Source: Candidatus Latescibacterota bacterium (GTDB lineage: Bacteria > Latescibacterota > UBA2968 > UBA8231). Taken from it: 64,000 bases of DNA. Position numbers and translations under genes: made by a program. The notes under the pieces were generated by a model, which saw only the letters and a list, made by a program, of their open reading frames with translations, made no database searches and had not been told where the DNA came from. The stretch is taken from positions 2,496,001 to 2,560,000 of the forward strand of contig CBDFJF010000002.1 of assembly GCA_965248265.1 (NCBI GenBank), given 5' to 3'. This document shows, piece by piece, positions 1 through 9,986 of the stretch; positions within the stretch are counted from its first letter, which is position 1, and every line of letters starts with the position of its first letter.

Positions 1-1150
1 GCTCCAGGTTGAGCATGTTGCGTACCGGCGCCTGGTTGAGTTCGAGGTCGTCGACGGAATGGAGTGCTGCCAGGCGCACCTGGAACGGACTGTAGTCGAA
101 CAACAGCGTCCCGTTGAAATCGTAGGCTCCGCGTCCGGTGTGGTCGATATTGCCGGGTCGCATGAGCAGAGCACTGACGGTGTCGGGGGTAACGGAGTTG
201 CTCCAATGGACACGGCCCCCCCGGTCCCCCGAATCGATCAGGTCAGAGAAGGCAAAGCCGTCCCAAAAGACCGCACGCGAATCGCGCGCCCGGTGCTGGA
301 GCGCGGCGAAGACGCGAACTGCCGGGTTCACGGGACCACCCAGGGTGACGACCTGGTTGCTGTGGCCGTATGAATAGGTGTCGAAGCGCTGTCGGTAGCG
401 TGACGTGAAGCGGTCTGTCTCCGTGAGGAAGGCGATTTTCCACTCGGGGCCGCCGGTGCGCAGTTCCTGCAGAACAAGGCCACCGTTGGCTCCGCCATAC
501 TCGGCGTTGAAGCCGCCGGCCTGCAGTTGAATCTCTTGGACGGCCTCGCTGATGAGGGTGACAGCGCTGGCGCCAGTCACCGGATTGCGCACGCTGGCGC
601 CCTCGACGTAATAACCGACTTCGTCGCTACGCGAGCCGCGCACGTGGAACCGACCCTCGTTCTCTACAACACCGGCCTGCAGGGCGAGGACATCGGCTAC
701 ACTGCGCAATGGCAGGTTTACCAGATCCTCGCCGCCGACGATGCGCACGGCATTGGTCGCGTTCTTGTCGACCATAGGGCGAGCGGCCGGAACAACGACG
801 CCTTTTATCTGAATGCTGGCCGGGGTGGGTTTCAGCTCGACCGTGGTGGTCAGATCGGCTGAGACGTACACGTCTTTCAACGTGTAGGGTGCGAAGCCGA
901 CATGGGTGGCCTGCAGGGTGTAGGTACCGGGGGGAAGGTTGAGGATGAAGAAATGGCCTTCCTCATCGGTGGTGGCTCCCAGACGGCTGTCGATCACCGT
1001 AACGTTGGCGCGGGGCACCGGTTTGGAGCTTGCGGCGTCTACGACAGTGCCGGCAATCTTACCGGTGCTGCCTGCGGCGGGAGTAGCGAAAAAACCAGGG
1101 AGTACAGCCAGAGCCAGGAGCGCTCCGAAGCGACGGATCTCGGGTATCAA
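1..1150 (-). CDS. TonB-dependent receptor, 5' part (signal peptide, carboxypeptidase-regulatory-like domain, plug); runs off the left edge
   Basis: Not in the ORF track. Manual minus-strand translation from TTG at 1150 gives MIPEIRRFGALLALAVLPGFFATPAAGSTGKIAGTVVDA...GATTDEEGHFFILNLPPGTYTL...LALQAGVV...FHVRGSRSDEVGYYVEG...GGFNAEYGGANGG, typical of TBDR N-terminal and plug regions. Start uncertain. Confidence 0.9.
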   Translation of the reverse strand, partial: MIPEIRRFGALLALAVLPGFFATPAAGSTGKIAGTVVDAASSKPVPRANVTVIDSRLGATTDEEGHFFILNLPPGTYTLQATHVGFAPYTLKDVYVSADLTTTVELKPTPASIQIKGVVVPAARPMVDKNATNAVRIVGGEDLVNLPLRSVADVLALQAGVVENEGRFHVRGSRSDEVGYYVEGASVRNPVTGASAVTLISEAVQEIQLQAGGFNAEYGGANGGLVLQELRTGGPEWKIAFLTETDRFTSRYRQRFDTYSYGHSNQVVTLGGPVNPAVRVFAALQHRARDSRAVFWDGFAFSDLIDSGDRGGRVHWSNSVTPDTVSALLMRPGNIDHTGRGAYDFNGTLLFDYSPFQVRLAALHSVDDLELNQAPVRNMLNLE

Positions 1151-1301
1151 GTTGATTTCGTTGGCACGAGGTTGGGGCGTGGTTAATTTTCCGGAGATGG
1201 CGGGTCAGTCCATGAGCATGGGTGCGTGGTGATAAAGTATCTCACGCAATCGCGTTTTACCAATGTACGGGGCGTTTGTATAGAATCATGAGTACAGAAT
1301 C

Positions 1302-2204
1302 ATGACAACGAGAGATCATCGGATGGTACGGAGGCTTTTCACCCTGGGAGTGCTGTGTGTGCTGGGCGCATGTGGTGGCGACAGCAGTCCAACCGGTGGT
1401 GGAGGCGATCCGGCCGGCAATGGCGACAATCCCGGTAACGGGGAAGACAACCCCGGTAGGGACCGGGTGGAAAACACGGAACCGATCTTCAAGGAGAGCA
1501 GGAGCACGCTCGAGGTCGTGTCAGTCGACACTCCGGACACCCTGCTTTCGGGCAGTCAGCCGGTGTTGTTCTCGGTGACCGTACAGGATTCCGACCAGTT
1601 TGTCGATCCGATCGATGTCGTCATGCGCCTGAGCCGGGGTGATTCGGTTTGGACCTTGTCGCGGCAAGAGTCAGTCGACGCCAACACAGCATTGTTCGGA
1701 GCGATGTTCGACTCGACGCTGGCAGTGGGGCTTGCCGGCGATCAGACGCTGCAGTTTCAGGCCGTGGATGCCGATGCCGGTGGGTCGAAGATGGTGACGA
1801 AGGAGATTTTCCTAGAGAACGAGCCGCCCATCATGTTCGATCCCGAGACACCGACGCGGATGGAGCGACGAACCGGCGAGTTCCTATATGTGCGCCTTTC
1901 GGTTTCAGACCCTCAGGGTGCCGCCGACATCGATTCCGTCTACTTCAAGTTCCACAAGCCTGACGGCAGCTTCGGGGGGGCTTCCGTGAAGGACGGTGGC
2001 TTCCATTACCTTCTCGTCGACAACGGTAGTGAGTTTTACCGGGATGCGGAGAAGGGGGACGGGCGCTTCGCGTTCGCTTTCGATATCCCCGACGAGGATG
2101 CGCAGCTGGGATCGTACACCTTCCTGTTTTTCTCGCGCGACAAGGCCGGTAATCTGGGAGACATTATCACAACCGACTTCGAGCTGGTACCCCTGGAGCG
2201 ATAG
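1302..2204 (+). CDS. Hypothetical lipoprotein with Ig-like beta-sandwich domains
   Basis: Hydrophobic signal with lipobox LGA-C, a G/N/D/P linker (GNGDNPGNGEDNPG) and a DNG...D...GDG.F motif resembling choice-of-anchor X domains. Confidence 0.7.
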   Translation: MTTRDHRMVRRLFTLGVLCVLGACGGDSSPTGGGGDPAGNGDNPGNGEDNPGRDRVENTEPIFKESRSTLEVVSVDTPDTLLSGSQPVLFSVTVQDSDQFVDPIDVVMRLSRGDSVWTLSRQESVDANTALFGAMFDSTLAVGLAGDQTLQFQAVDADAGGSKMVTKEIFLENEPPIMFDPETPTRMERRTGEFLYVRLSVSDPQGAADIDSVYFKFHKPDGSFGGASVKDGGFHYLLVDNGSEFYRDAEKGDGRFAFAFDIPDEDAQLGSYTFLFFSRDKAGNLGDIITTDFELVPLER

Positions 2205-2260
2205 ATCACCATCACCGTCTGCTGATTACTCAATCCTCCACAGAATTGGTCCTCGTGATC

Positions 2261-2992
2261 CTATTCGGGTGTCAATTCCATGAACAGTGTAACGCCAATC
2301 TCAAGATACTTGTCGCGTTCCTCTGGCTTGGTCGGTGTACCCATGGCCAGGCGGATGTCGGTGTCCGCTAGCTGTTCAGCGACGTTGCGCATGCAGTCCT
2401 CGACGGTCTGCAGCGGATACCCGGGGTGACCATCGATGTTGAACATGAGATCGTTGGGTCCGAAGGTGACGACGCTGACCCCCGGTTTCGCCAGTTTGCG
2501 AATATTGGTCACCGCCTCAACTGATTCGATCTGGAGTGCCAGGATCACGTAGTCATTCCACCACTTCGCGTAGGTGAGCCGATCCATGCCAATGGTGCTC
2601 AACCCCCGTCGGAAGGTCCCGCCCCAGCTGCGTCTTCCGATGGGGCCGTAGTAGGCGAAGGCGATGGCGTCATCGACGGTTTCCGGTTCCATGACTTCGG
2701 GGATCAGCACGGCGCTGGGTCCAAAGTCCAGGAAGCGCCCTACCAGGTAGGCATGCCGGGTGTGGGGGATGCGCAGTTGTACATCGATGCCCAATTCCTC
2801 GGCCGCGGCGCAGTATTCGACCAGCTGATGTTCGGTGAAGGGGCTATGTTGACCATCGATCCAGATGTAGTCGTACCTGTCTGTCGACCAAATATCCTCC
2901 AACTGACTCTTGCTCGTTGCCAGGGAGCCGCGCAGGGCAACCAATGTTTCTCCCGCTTTCATGCGTTGTCTGAGTGTTTTTCCTTGAGACAC
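2261..2992 (-). CDS. HpcH/HpaI aldolase/citrate lyase family protein
   Basis: Motifs DYIWIDGQHSP, YGPIGRRSWG, QIES, FGPNDL. Confidence 0.85.
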   Translation of the reverse strand: MSQGKTLRQRMKAGETLVALRGSLATSKSQLEDIWSTDRYDYIWIDGQHSPFTEHQLVEYCAAAEELGIDVQLRIPHTRHAYLVGRFLDFGPSAVLIPEVMEPETVDDAIAFAYYGPIGRRSWGGTFRRGLSTIGMDRLTYAKWWNDYVILALQIESVEAVTNIRKLAKPGVSVVTFGPNDLMFNIDGHPGYPLQTVEDCMRNVAEQLADTDIRLAMGTPTKPEERDKYLEIGVTLFMELTPE

Positions 2993-3203
2993 GATTCGCT
3001 CCGATCCAGTTTGGTAGAATGGCTCAATTCAGGCTATTGGACGTACTCTGCCATTGAGGATAATGCCCATAATCGGCAGTCTGTCAACCAGCTCGCAAAC
3101 GCAGCGCGCGGCCAGATTGGCCGCTCAGGACCACGGAAAGTATATTGCCACGGGTGCTCTCAAGATTGCTCTACAACCAGCCTGTGACAGGAGAACGTGT
3201 GTG

Positions 3204-3845
3204 ATGAGCTCAGATGACAAGAAACCGACCGTGACGCCGATGCCGAACGGTCCATACGTCGTCAAGGATCTGCCGGCGCTTGCCAATCAGAAAGGGCCGA
3301 TCGAGATGGCCAAATCGACGATCGCTCTGTGTCGCTGCGGCAAGTCGGCGACGAAGCCGTTCTGCGATGGTGCTCACGCAACGTCCGGTTTTTCGTCCGA
3401 CAAGGAGGATGGTCGGAGAGAAGACGCCGTCGATCGCTACAAGGGTGAGGGCGTCGTCATCGAAGACAATCGAGGTGTTTGCGCCCACGCTACCCGCTGT
3501 ACGGACGGCTTGCCAGCCGTCTTCAAATACGGCCAGGAACCGTGGATCGATCCAACGGGTGCGACGAAGGAGGAGATCGCCGAAGTCGTCAACCGATGCC
3601 CTTCCGGTGCTCTGCGGCTCATCGTCGGTGACAGCGTCGACGAGTCAAGAGAAGAGGTAGGCGACCCCGCTGTCTTTGTGGCGCCGAATGGTCCCTACGT
3701 TGTCACCGGCGCCGAACTCAATGATGCCGAGCTGGGCAAGGGGGCGACGCAGAGAAAGCTCACCCTGTGTCGTTGCGGTCAATCGAAGAACAAGCCGTTC
3801 TGTGACGGGTCTCACTGGGACGGTTTCGTCGACGATGAGAATTGA
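3204..3845 (+). CDS. CDGSH iron-sulfur protein: two CDGSH domains flanking a divergent 4Fe-4S (Fer4_19-like) domain
   Basis: CRCGKSATKPFCDGAH, CAHATRC...CPSGAL, CRCGQSKNKPFCDGSH; AGGAGA upstream of ATG 3204. Confidence 0.9.
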   Translation: MSSDDKKPTVTPMPNGPYVVKDLPALANQKGPIEMAKSTIALCRCGKSATKPFCDGAHATSGFSSDKEDGRREDAVDRYKGEGVVIEDNRGVCAHATRCTDGLPAVFKYGQEPWIDPTGATKEEIAEVVNRCPSGALRLIVGDSVDESREEVGDPAVFVAPNGPYVVTGAELNDAELGKGATQRKLTLCRCGQSKNKPFCDGSHWDGFVDDEN

Positions 3846-3851
3846 CCAGGC

Positions 3852-3954
3852 ATGATGAGTCAACCCACTGTTTTGATCATGGGAGCGGCCGGATTGTTCT
3901 GAGGTATCCTGCGATCATACTGAGGCGACCGATGTAATTTCGGCGTGGAGATCA
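3852..3954 (+). pseudogene. Decayed 5' remnant of an NAD-dependent epimerase/dehydratase (SDR-like) gene
   Basis: Translates MMSQPTVLIMGAAGLF*GILRSY*GDRCNF, resembling a VLITGAAGxxG Rossmann start, with two in-frame TGA; ends at the convergent neighbour. Confidence 0.6.
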
Positions 3955-4965
3955 GCCGGTGACGGCGCTGGCGATGCGCCAGTTTCCATCCTTGTCGCAG
4001 GCGGCGTAGTAGACGCGGTGGGATCCATCGTCGAGCCGGATGAACGACATATCTTCGGCATGGACGGCGTCGATGCCTTCCGTGCCCAATCCATTCCCTT
4101 CGATCACACATCCATCCCGTTCCCATTCCAGACCGTCAGATGAGTGAGCGGCAAAAATGCGCGAGCGAAAACCAGCCAGATCGACGGCTATCGAGGCGGC
4201 AGCAAAATCTTCGCTGAGGCCTTTCTCCACGGCATCGGGATCGGAGCTTGGGTGGGGGGGAATGACGGCACCCGGTGGGGCATCCTGCCATGCGGAGTAC
4301 AGCATGAGCCAGGGTTGGCCCGCCGCTGAGGGTGGAAGGACATCGGCAGCGGTGATTCCCTGGGCTTCGATTTGCGACGCGCCATCCTTCATCCTGTACC
4401 CCGGCTCGAATTCGAAATGCAGGCCGTCAGTCGAGACAGCGCTGATCACGCCCTTGGCAGTCGGTTCCGTCGCGAAGCAATAGAGCCTTCCGTTCACGCC
4501 ATCGGGAAGCGTTACGTATCGCGGGCCGCCGATACCCTGGAAACCCTGAAGTCGAATCCCTTCCTCCAGTTCCCATGCAAGCATGTCGGACGAAACCGCA
4601 CTGGCGATGACGGTGGGAAGGTTGGCCGGACCGCGTGATTCGAAGTACATACGCCAGCGTCCATCCGAGAGCTGGGTCACGGTCGGTGCCAGGTATCGCA
4701 GGCTGCCGTGCTCGATGGCGGGGTCGGGTGCCAGACGAATACCCGGGTCCACCTCGAAGCGCACTCCATCATCGGATACCGCACTGAGGATATAGCCTTG
4801 ACACGTCGGAAACGGCTTGCCGGGCCCTACCGCCGTGTAGTAGAGGCGATAGCCGCCGCCGGGCAGCGCGACGATTCCGGGGGCCTGAACCTTCGACTGA
4901 TCGAGATCCCGGGATCCTTCCACCCGGGGGCCGGCCTCTTTTTCCCACTTCAATGAATCGACCAA
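3952..4965 (-). CDS. Five-bladed beta-propeller protein (GH32/43/68-like fold), no signal peptide
   Basis: Repeated S.DG..[FW]E.E.G.R and L.DG.YR[LM]YY blade motifs. Confidence 0.7.
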   Translation of the reverse strand: MVDSLKWEKEAGPRVEGSRDLDQSKVQAPGIVALPGGGYRLYYTAVGPGKPFPTCQGYILSAVSDDGVRFEVDPGIRLAPDPAIEHGSLRYLAPTVTQLSDGRWRMYFESRGPANLPTVIASAVSSDMLAWELEEGIRLQGFQGIGGPRYVTLPDGVNGRLYCFATEPTAKGVISAVSTDGLHFEFEPGYRMKDGASQIEAQGITAADVLPPSAAGQPWLMLYSAWQDAPPGAVIPPHPSSDPDAVEKGLSEDFAAASIAVDLAGFRSRIFAAHSSDGLEWERDGCVIEGNGLGTEGIDAVHAEDMSFIRLDDGSHRVYYAACDKDGNWRIASAVTG

Positions 4966-4989
4966 TTCACTTCTCCTGTCTCTGTGAAA

Positions 4990-6552
4990 TCACATGGTCC
5001 TGGCTTTGTACTCACTCTCAGTCAATGTCATCGGCACGACCACGGTGAAGGTCGTGCCCTTTCCGACCTCGCTTTCGACCAGAATGTTGCCCTGGTGGGT
5101 CTGGAGAATCTGGTAGCAGATCGACAGGCCCAGTCCGGTACCCACCCCGACACCTTTGGTGGTGTACCCGGGGTCGAAAATCTTCTGCAGGGATTCTGGC
5201 GGTATGCCCAGGCCGGTATCCGTTATCTGGATGTGGGCGTCGTCGCCTTGCCGAAAGGTCGTGATCGTAATCGTACCTTCCTGCTCGATGGCCTGCGCCG
5301 CATTGATGAGCAGGTTGAGGTACACCTGATTGAGTTGCCTTGGGTTGCATGAGATCAGTGGCAGGTCGCCGTAATGGCGTTCAATCACGGCCTTGTTCTT
5401 CAACTCATGTTGGACCAGCAGCAGGGTATCCTCGATGCCTTCGTGAATGTCGATGGTCTCGAATTCCGCTTCATCCAACCTGGCAAAGCTGCGCAGGCGC
5501 TGCACGATGTCGTTGACTCGCGCTGTCCCCGAAGTGATCACTCGATTGGCGTCTTCGATGACTTTGAACACCCGAGCCGTCCTTCCGCCTTGCTCTGGGT
5601 TCGCGGAGGCATCATCGTCCACCATTGTTTTCAGTTTGTCTATAGCCCGCACCAGGGTATCGTAGGTGCTGCTGATGGCACCGACCGGGGTGTTGATCTC
5701 GTGGGCCACGCCGGCGACGAGCATGCCGAGGGATGCCATCTTCTCGGATTGCAACAGCTGGGCATTGGCCTGAGTAAGTTCGCTGGTGCGCTGTTGCACC
5801 TGCTCTTCGAGATGCCGCTCGTTCTCGCGCAAAGCCTCCTCGGCGCTGTCCCGCTCCATCTCCCGGTCCTGCAGTTGCTGCAGCATGTCGTTGAAGCCGT
5901 CGTACAGCGCTCCGATTTCATCATTTCCGGATTTCTGCACCCTGAGGGAATAGGCGTTGTCGACGGTGATGCGCTCGACGACGCCGGCCAGATGCTGAAT
6001 GGGACCTGAGATCGCGCGTTGGAAGCGCACAGCCAGGAGAACGGACACGACGATCAGACCCAACATCACGGTAGCCATGTGCAACACGTTGCTGACGATC
6101 TTCTCGTGCAATGAATCGGTGGATGCCTGTAGATGGATGACGCCGTAGTGATCGCCCTCGTAGATGATCGGCTCGTGGATGTAAAGGAGATCCCGGGTGA
6201 ACTGGCTGCTGGCCCCGCGCCTGCGGTGGATGTCGGGTACTGTCTCGGGATCGAGGGCCGCGAACAGATCGCCATCGGCGTCATAGACGGCGGCATTGGT
6301 GATCGAGGGAATCGCGTCCAGTCGGGTCAGCATGCCGGCGGCACCTTCGCTGTCCTCGAATGCGAGCGGGGTCACGCAGTAGTCGCCGATGCCGCGTGCA
6401 GTGGTCGTGGTGCGATCGACCATGTCCTGCTTGACGGAGGTGATGTCGGCGATGATGACGAGAGTGAAACCGCACGCCAATGCGATAGTCGTCACCGCCA
6501 CCATGGTGACGATCAGTTTGCCTCGGATGGAGAGGTCTCGGAAAGCCTTCAC
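4990..6552 (-). CDS. Membrane sensor histidine kinase (CHASE8-like periplasmic domain, HAMP, HisKA, HATPase)
   Basis: Two TM segments, HAMP (NDEIGALYDGFNDML), H-box GVAHEINTP, NQVYLNLLINA, DTGLGI, GTGLGL. Confidence 0.9.
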   Translation of the reverse strand: MKAFRDLSIRGKLIVTMVAVTTIALACGFTLVIIADITSVKQDMVDRTTTTARGIGDYCVTPLAFEDSEGAAGMLTRLDAIPSITNAAVYDADGDLFAALDPETVPDIHRRRGASSQFTRDLLYIHEPIIYEGDHYGVIHLQASTDSLHEKIVSNVLHMATVMLGLIVVSVLLAVRFQRAISGPIQHLAGVVERITVDNAYSLRVQKSGNDEIGALYDGFNDMLQQLQDREMERDSAEEALRENERHLEEQVQQRTSELTQANAQLLQSEKMASLGMLVAGVAHEINTPVGAISSTYDTLVRAIDKLKTMVDDDASANPEQGGRTARVFKVIEDANRVITSGTARVNDIVQRLRSFARLDEAEFETIDIHEGIEDTLLLVQHELKNKAVIERHYGDLPLISCNPRQLNQVYLNLLINAAQAIEQEGTITITTFRQGDDAHIQITDTGLGIPPESLQKIFDPGYTTKGVGVGTGLGLSICYQILQTHQGNILVESEVGKGTTFTVVVPMTLTESEYKARTM

Positions 6553-6557
6553 CGTCG

Positions 6558-7094
6558 CTATCTCACGGGGTTCACGATGCGCGCCAGGTTCAGCAGCATG
6601 TAGGAGAAGGTCAATCCTGACGTGTGCACGGCACTCTCATTGATCTCGAATTTCACCTTGCCGCTGTCTTTGTAAAGGTTGATGAGGACGCTGCGTGCAG
6701 CGAATCCGTCGGTATCAGAGACGGTCAGTATCGGCCGTCCGCGGGTGCGCGCGATGATGTCGGGTAGTTGGTCCGCGGCCGATTGAGCGATGAACAGGAG
6801 ATGACACTCAGTGATCTCATTCAGGGTGGTGAGGTAGCGAATGTCGACCGGTTTATCCTTTACCTTCCGCTCCGCGTAGATCTGTTCGAGCACGGTACCG
6901 AATGGACTGTCACCTATGACACCGATGACGAAGGTAGAGGAGGTGTCACCAACTGCCTGTGCTGGCCACTGGACGAAATGGGTAAACTTGTCCAGGAACA
7001 CGGCCTTCATCCGGTATTCCCGGTCCTGCCCCACGGCGTGGGCAGAGAGCGCCAGTATTGCGACCAGAATCAACCGGGTAGTGCGAATGTTCAT
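6558..7094 (-). CDS. yfiR: YfiR (DUF4154) family periplasmic protein
   Basis: Signal peptide, then EYRMKAVFLDKFTHFVQWP, CHLLFI, ILTVSD, KVKFEIN...LLNLARIV. Confidence 0.88.
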   Translation of the reverse strand: MNIRTTRLILVAILALSAHAVGQDREYRMKAVFLDKFTHFVQWPAQAVGDTSSTFVIGVIGDSPFGTVLEQIYAERKVKDKPVDIRYLTTLNEITECHLLFIAQSAADQLPDIIARTRGRPILTVSDTDGFAARSVLINLYKDSGKVKFEINESAVHTSGLTFSYMLLNLARIVNPVR

Positions 7095-7176
7095 GGGACA
7101 GCCCGCGATGTGAGGACGATACCAACTTCCACAGTTAATATATCCTACTGGGTCTCGTCCATGAGGCCACCGCCGG

Positions 7177-7745
7177 CTATACCTGGGTCGGCGCCATGTC
7201 CCAGGCTTCGAGTGATCGGATCGTGACGCCACCACGCTCTGTTCCCAGCGAAACTTGCGTGCTGTCAGACCGGGTCGGGTAGATTCGCTGGGTGATGCAT
7301 TGACGACCGTTGGCGAAGACTTCCAGGATGGAGCGATCGAGGAAGAGGCGCAGCTCCAGTCTTTCTCCCTCGCTCAGTTGAAAGGGCGCCACCTGGGTAT
7401 GCACGAGTCTTTCGTGTTCGGGGAGCAGCTCGACCTGCTTGGCGTTGCGGTAGTAGGGGTAGGTGATGCTCGAGTCGAGGGATGATCTGCTGATGTCGAT
7501 GGCGAGGGTGCCTCCGCCGCCGTCGTAGATGACGCCCGTGCTCTCGGCCTCATCAGGGGATTGGCGCAGGTACACGCTGACTTGCTGCCCCGGATCATCG
7601 AGTTCGATTTCGATGCCAAGTTCAAGCGCATCACCGCTGATATCGGGTAGCGACATCGAGGCTGCGCTCTCAACGCGTGTGCCAGCCGGCAACGAACGCG
7701 GGTTGAGGCGCAAGGCTTCCAGTTCTGCTGCTGCCGCGGGTACGC
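7177..7745 (-). pseudogene. C-terminal beta-sandwich fragment of a GH32-family glycosidase (catalytic domain missing)
   Basis: P...ELEALR and LELRLFLDRSILEVFANGRQCITQRIYP are typical of GH32 C-termini; an in-frame stop lies just upstream, near 7750. Confidence 0.75.
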
Positions 7746-7937
7746 AGGATCAACATGAGCGCAGGCTGGAATGAGTAGCCGACCTCCGCGGCGTATATCC
7801 ACTCGTCCGCGAAGCCGTCCGTGTGGTTGTCGATCCCAAAGTCGGCGCTCAGATAGGCCGGATGCCGCGAATGGCCCCATTGCAGTACCAACCGCTCTGA
7901 TTGAACTCGCCATTTCAGGCTCATTCTCTTCTTCATC
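7735..7937 (-). pseudogene. Internal fragment of a putative outer-membrane beta-barrel protein
   Basis: LVLQWGHS..AYLSADFGIDNHTDGFADEWIYAAEVGYSFQPALMLILRTRG shows alternating amphipathic strands, then runs out of frame into the GH32 fragment. Confidence 0.45.
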
Positions 7938-8150
7938 GTGCTCTCTCGAGAAGAATCAGGTTCAAAGCGCGCCGTGATTTGACCGCGATATGATAATAAT
8001 AACAAAGCCGTTTTCGCCTCACCAGACTGGTCAATGGGTGTAAGCCAGGGTGCGTACCTGAGCGGCGAGTCGGGCTGTTTCCTATCTTCTGTCGGTTGCT
8101 GGATGTTGCCACAACCCAGACCGAATCATCAACTCTACAGGAGATCAGCT

Positions 8151-8960
8151 ATGTTCGTGGTGACCAGGCTTGCTCTGACGGTTGCTTTGGTAACCGCGGC
8201 GCCGCACAACCAGGTGTTTTCTGAGGAAACTGGAGGGACAAAGCCCACGGAATTGCATGCGCCAGAGACCTCCGTCCAGAAGGCAGCCAAGCAGACCCTG
8301 GACTCGGCCCCTTTCAATGCCGTCTTGATGAAGCATCTGAAGAGGGGGCGAATCGATTTCGCTGGCCTGCATGCCGATACGTCGGCGACGGCGCGACTGC
8401 AAGACTACGTTGAGGCCATCGCCGGAATGCCGGAAAACGAGCCACTATCCTCGTGGATCAATACCTACAATGCACTGGTCGTGCACGCTGTTCTGGAGCG
8501 CTACCCGCTGGCCAGTGTGAAGGATGCTGAGGGGGGCGACTTCAAGTTCTTTCGGGAGATCTACTACACCGTCGCTGGTAAAAAGCGATCCCTCGACGAC
8601 ATTGAAAACGGGGTCATACGCCCACGCTTCGAGGATGCCCGCATCCACGTGGCTCTCAACTGCGGAGCCCTATCCTGTCCGCCGCTGCCTCCCAAGGCCT
8701 TCGAGGAGGCCACCCTGGATGCCGATCTCGACCAGCTTGCGGAGGTGACGGTCAACGACGGCCATCATCTCTACATCAAGGATGAGAAACTGGTCGTCAA
8801 TGAGATTTTCAAGTGGTTTGAGCCGGACTTCGCCAGGGACCGGGGCTCACTCCTGAAGTGGATTCAGGCCTATTCTGAAGATCCAGCCATCGATGGGCTG
8901 GCTGCCGATGTGGCCATCGAAGTCTATCCGTACGACTGGGCCCTGTCGGCCGAGCAATAG
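8151..8960 (+). CDS. DUF547 domain-containing secreted protein
   Basis: WINTYNALV, SLDDIENGVIR, DARIHVALNCGALSCPPL, IFKWF..DF, YDWAL; AGGAGA RBS before ATG 8151. Confidence 0.9.
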   Translation: MFVVTRLALTVALVTAAPHNQVFSEETGGTKPTELHAPETSVQKAAKQTLDSAPFNAVLMKHLKRGRIDFAGLHADTSATARLQDYVEAIAGMPENEPLSSWINTYNALVVHAVLERYPLASVKDAEGGDFKFFREIYYTVAGKKRSLDDIENGVIRPRFEDARIHVALNCGALSCPPLPPKAFEEATLDADLDQLAEVTVNDGHHLYIKDEKLVVNEIFKWFEPDFARDRGSLLKWIQAYSEDPAIDGLAADVAIEVYPYDWALSAEQ

Positions 8961-8979
8961 CAAGAGAGAAGCCAACGAT

Positions 8980-9981
8980 ATGACAGCAACCATCGATTAC
9001 CGGGACATCGACCGGCAGACCTGGGAAGAGGAGCTGGAAGACTTCGTCCCCAATCGCATCATGGATGCCCACATTCATCTGTACAATCACGCTGACTTCC
9101 CGGAGCCGCCACCACCATCGCGACAGACCGAGGACAATGATCTCGCGGACCTCAACAACTGGGCACAGATTTTGTATCCGGGCAGGCAGATGAACTACCT
9201 GATACTGGGCAATCCGCACCCGGCGATCGACGTTCAGAGGCACGTGGCCTTCACCAAGGCCCAGATCGAGCAGATGCCGGAGGTTCGCCACAACCGTCTG
9301 GTGAAACCAAGCTGCACAATCGAGGACATCGCCCGCGATCTGGAGCATCCCCAATTCATCGGCCTCAAGCCCTACCGCACGCTTTCCGTGACCGGTGATA
9401 TCGCGCAGTGTCGGATTCACGAGTTCCTGCCGCACGAGCAGATGGAGTTTGCCAACGAGCACAACTTGTGGGTGACGATGCATCTGTCACGCTATCACGG
9501 CTGTGCCGACGAGCACAATCTCGATGACCTGGAGGAGTACACGACCAAGCGCTATCCAGGCATCAAATGGTTGCTCGCGCACTGTGCGCGCAGTTTCACC
9601 TACTGGCCGATCAAGCAGGCGGTGGAGAGGCTGCGCGACATGCCGAATATTTACTACGACACCTCGGCGGTCACCGATCCGCGGCCCTACGTCACGCTCC
9701 TTACCCAAGAGGACCCGAAACGCATTTTCTGGGGTTCAGACGGCATCATTGCCGCTTTCTTTCACGGCTTCTATGCCGCCATGGGACGCGCCTGGCAGCA
9801 TTTTGATGCGGATGAGAGCGAGCTCAAGTTTCCGCACTGTGATGGCCGGCCCATTCTCTCCGTGTACGAGCAACTGCTGTCGCTGAAATTTGCCGCTGAG
9901 ATGGCCCAACTGTCCCGGGATCAGATAGAGGGCATTTTCTGGGGCAATGCGACGGCGGCGCTGGGGATTGCTGAGGCGTAG
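8980..9981 (+). CDS. Amidohydrolase family (Amidohydro_2) protein
   Basis: DAHIH, GLKPY, LAHC, YYDTSAV, FWGSD. Confidence 0.85.
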   Translation: MTATIDYRDIDRQTWEEELEDFVPNRIMDAHIHLYNHADFPEPPPPSRQTEDNDLADLNNWAQILYPGRQMNYLILGNPHPAIDVQRHVAFTKAQIEQMPEVRHNRLVKPSCTIEDIARDLEHPQFIGLKPYRTLSVTGDIAQCRIHEFLPHEQMEFANEHNLWVTMHLSRYHGCADEHNLDDLEEYTTKRYPGIKWLLAHCARSFTYWPIKQAVERLRDMPNIYYDTSAVTDPRPYVTLLTQEDPKRIFWGSDGIIAAFFHGFYAAMGRAWQHFDADESELKFPHCDGRPILSVYEQLLSLKFAAEMAQLSRDQIEGIFWGNATAALGIAEA

Positions 9982-9986
9982 GCGAT

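Noticed and set aside
3852-3954. Alternative genetic code (TGA = Gly or Trp) suggested by two in-frame TGAs
   Set aside because: TGA ends many well-defined genes in this window, and the two positions would need different amino acids; decay is simpler.
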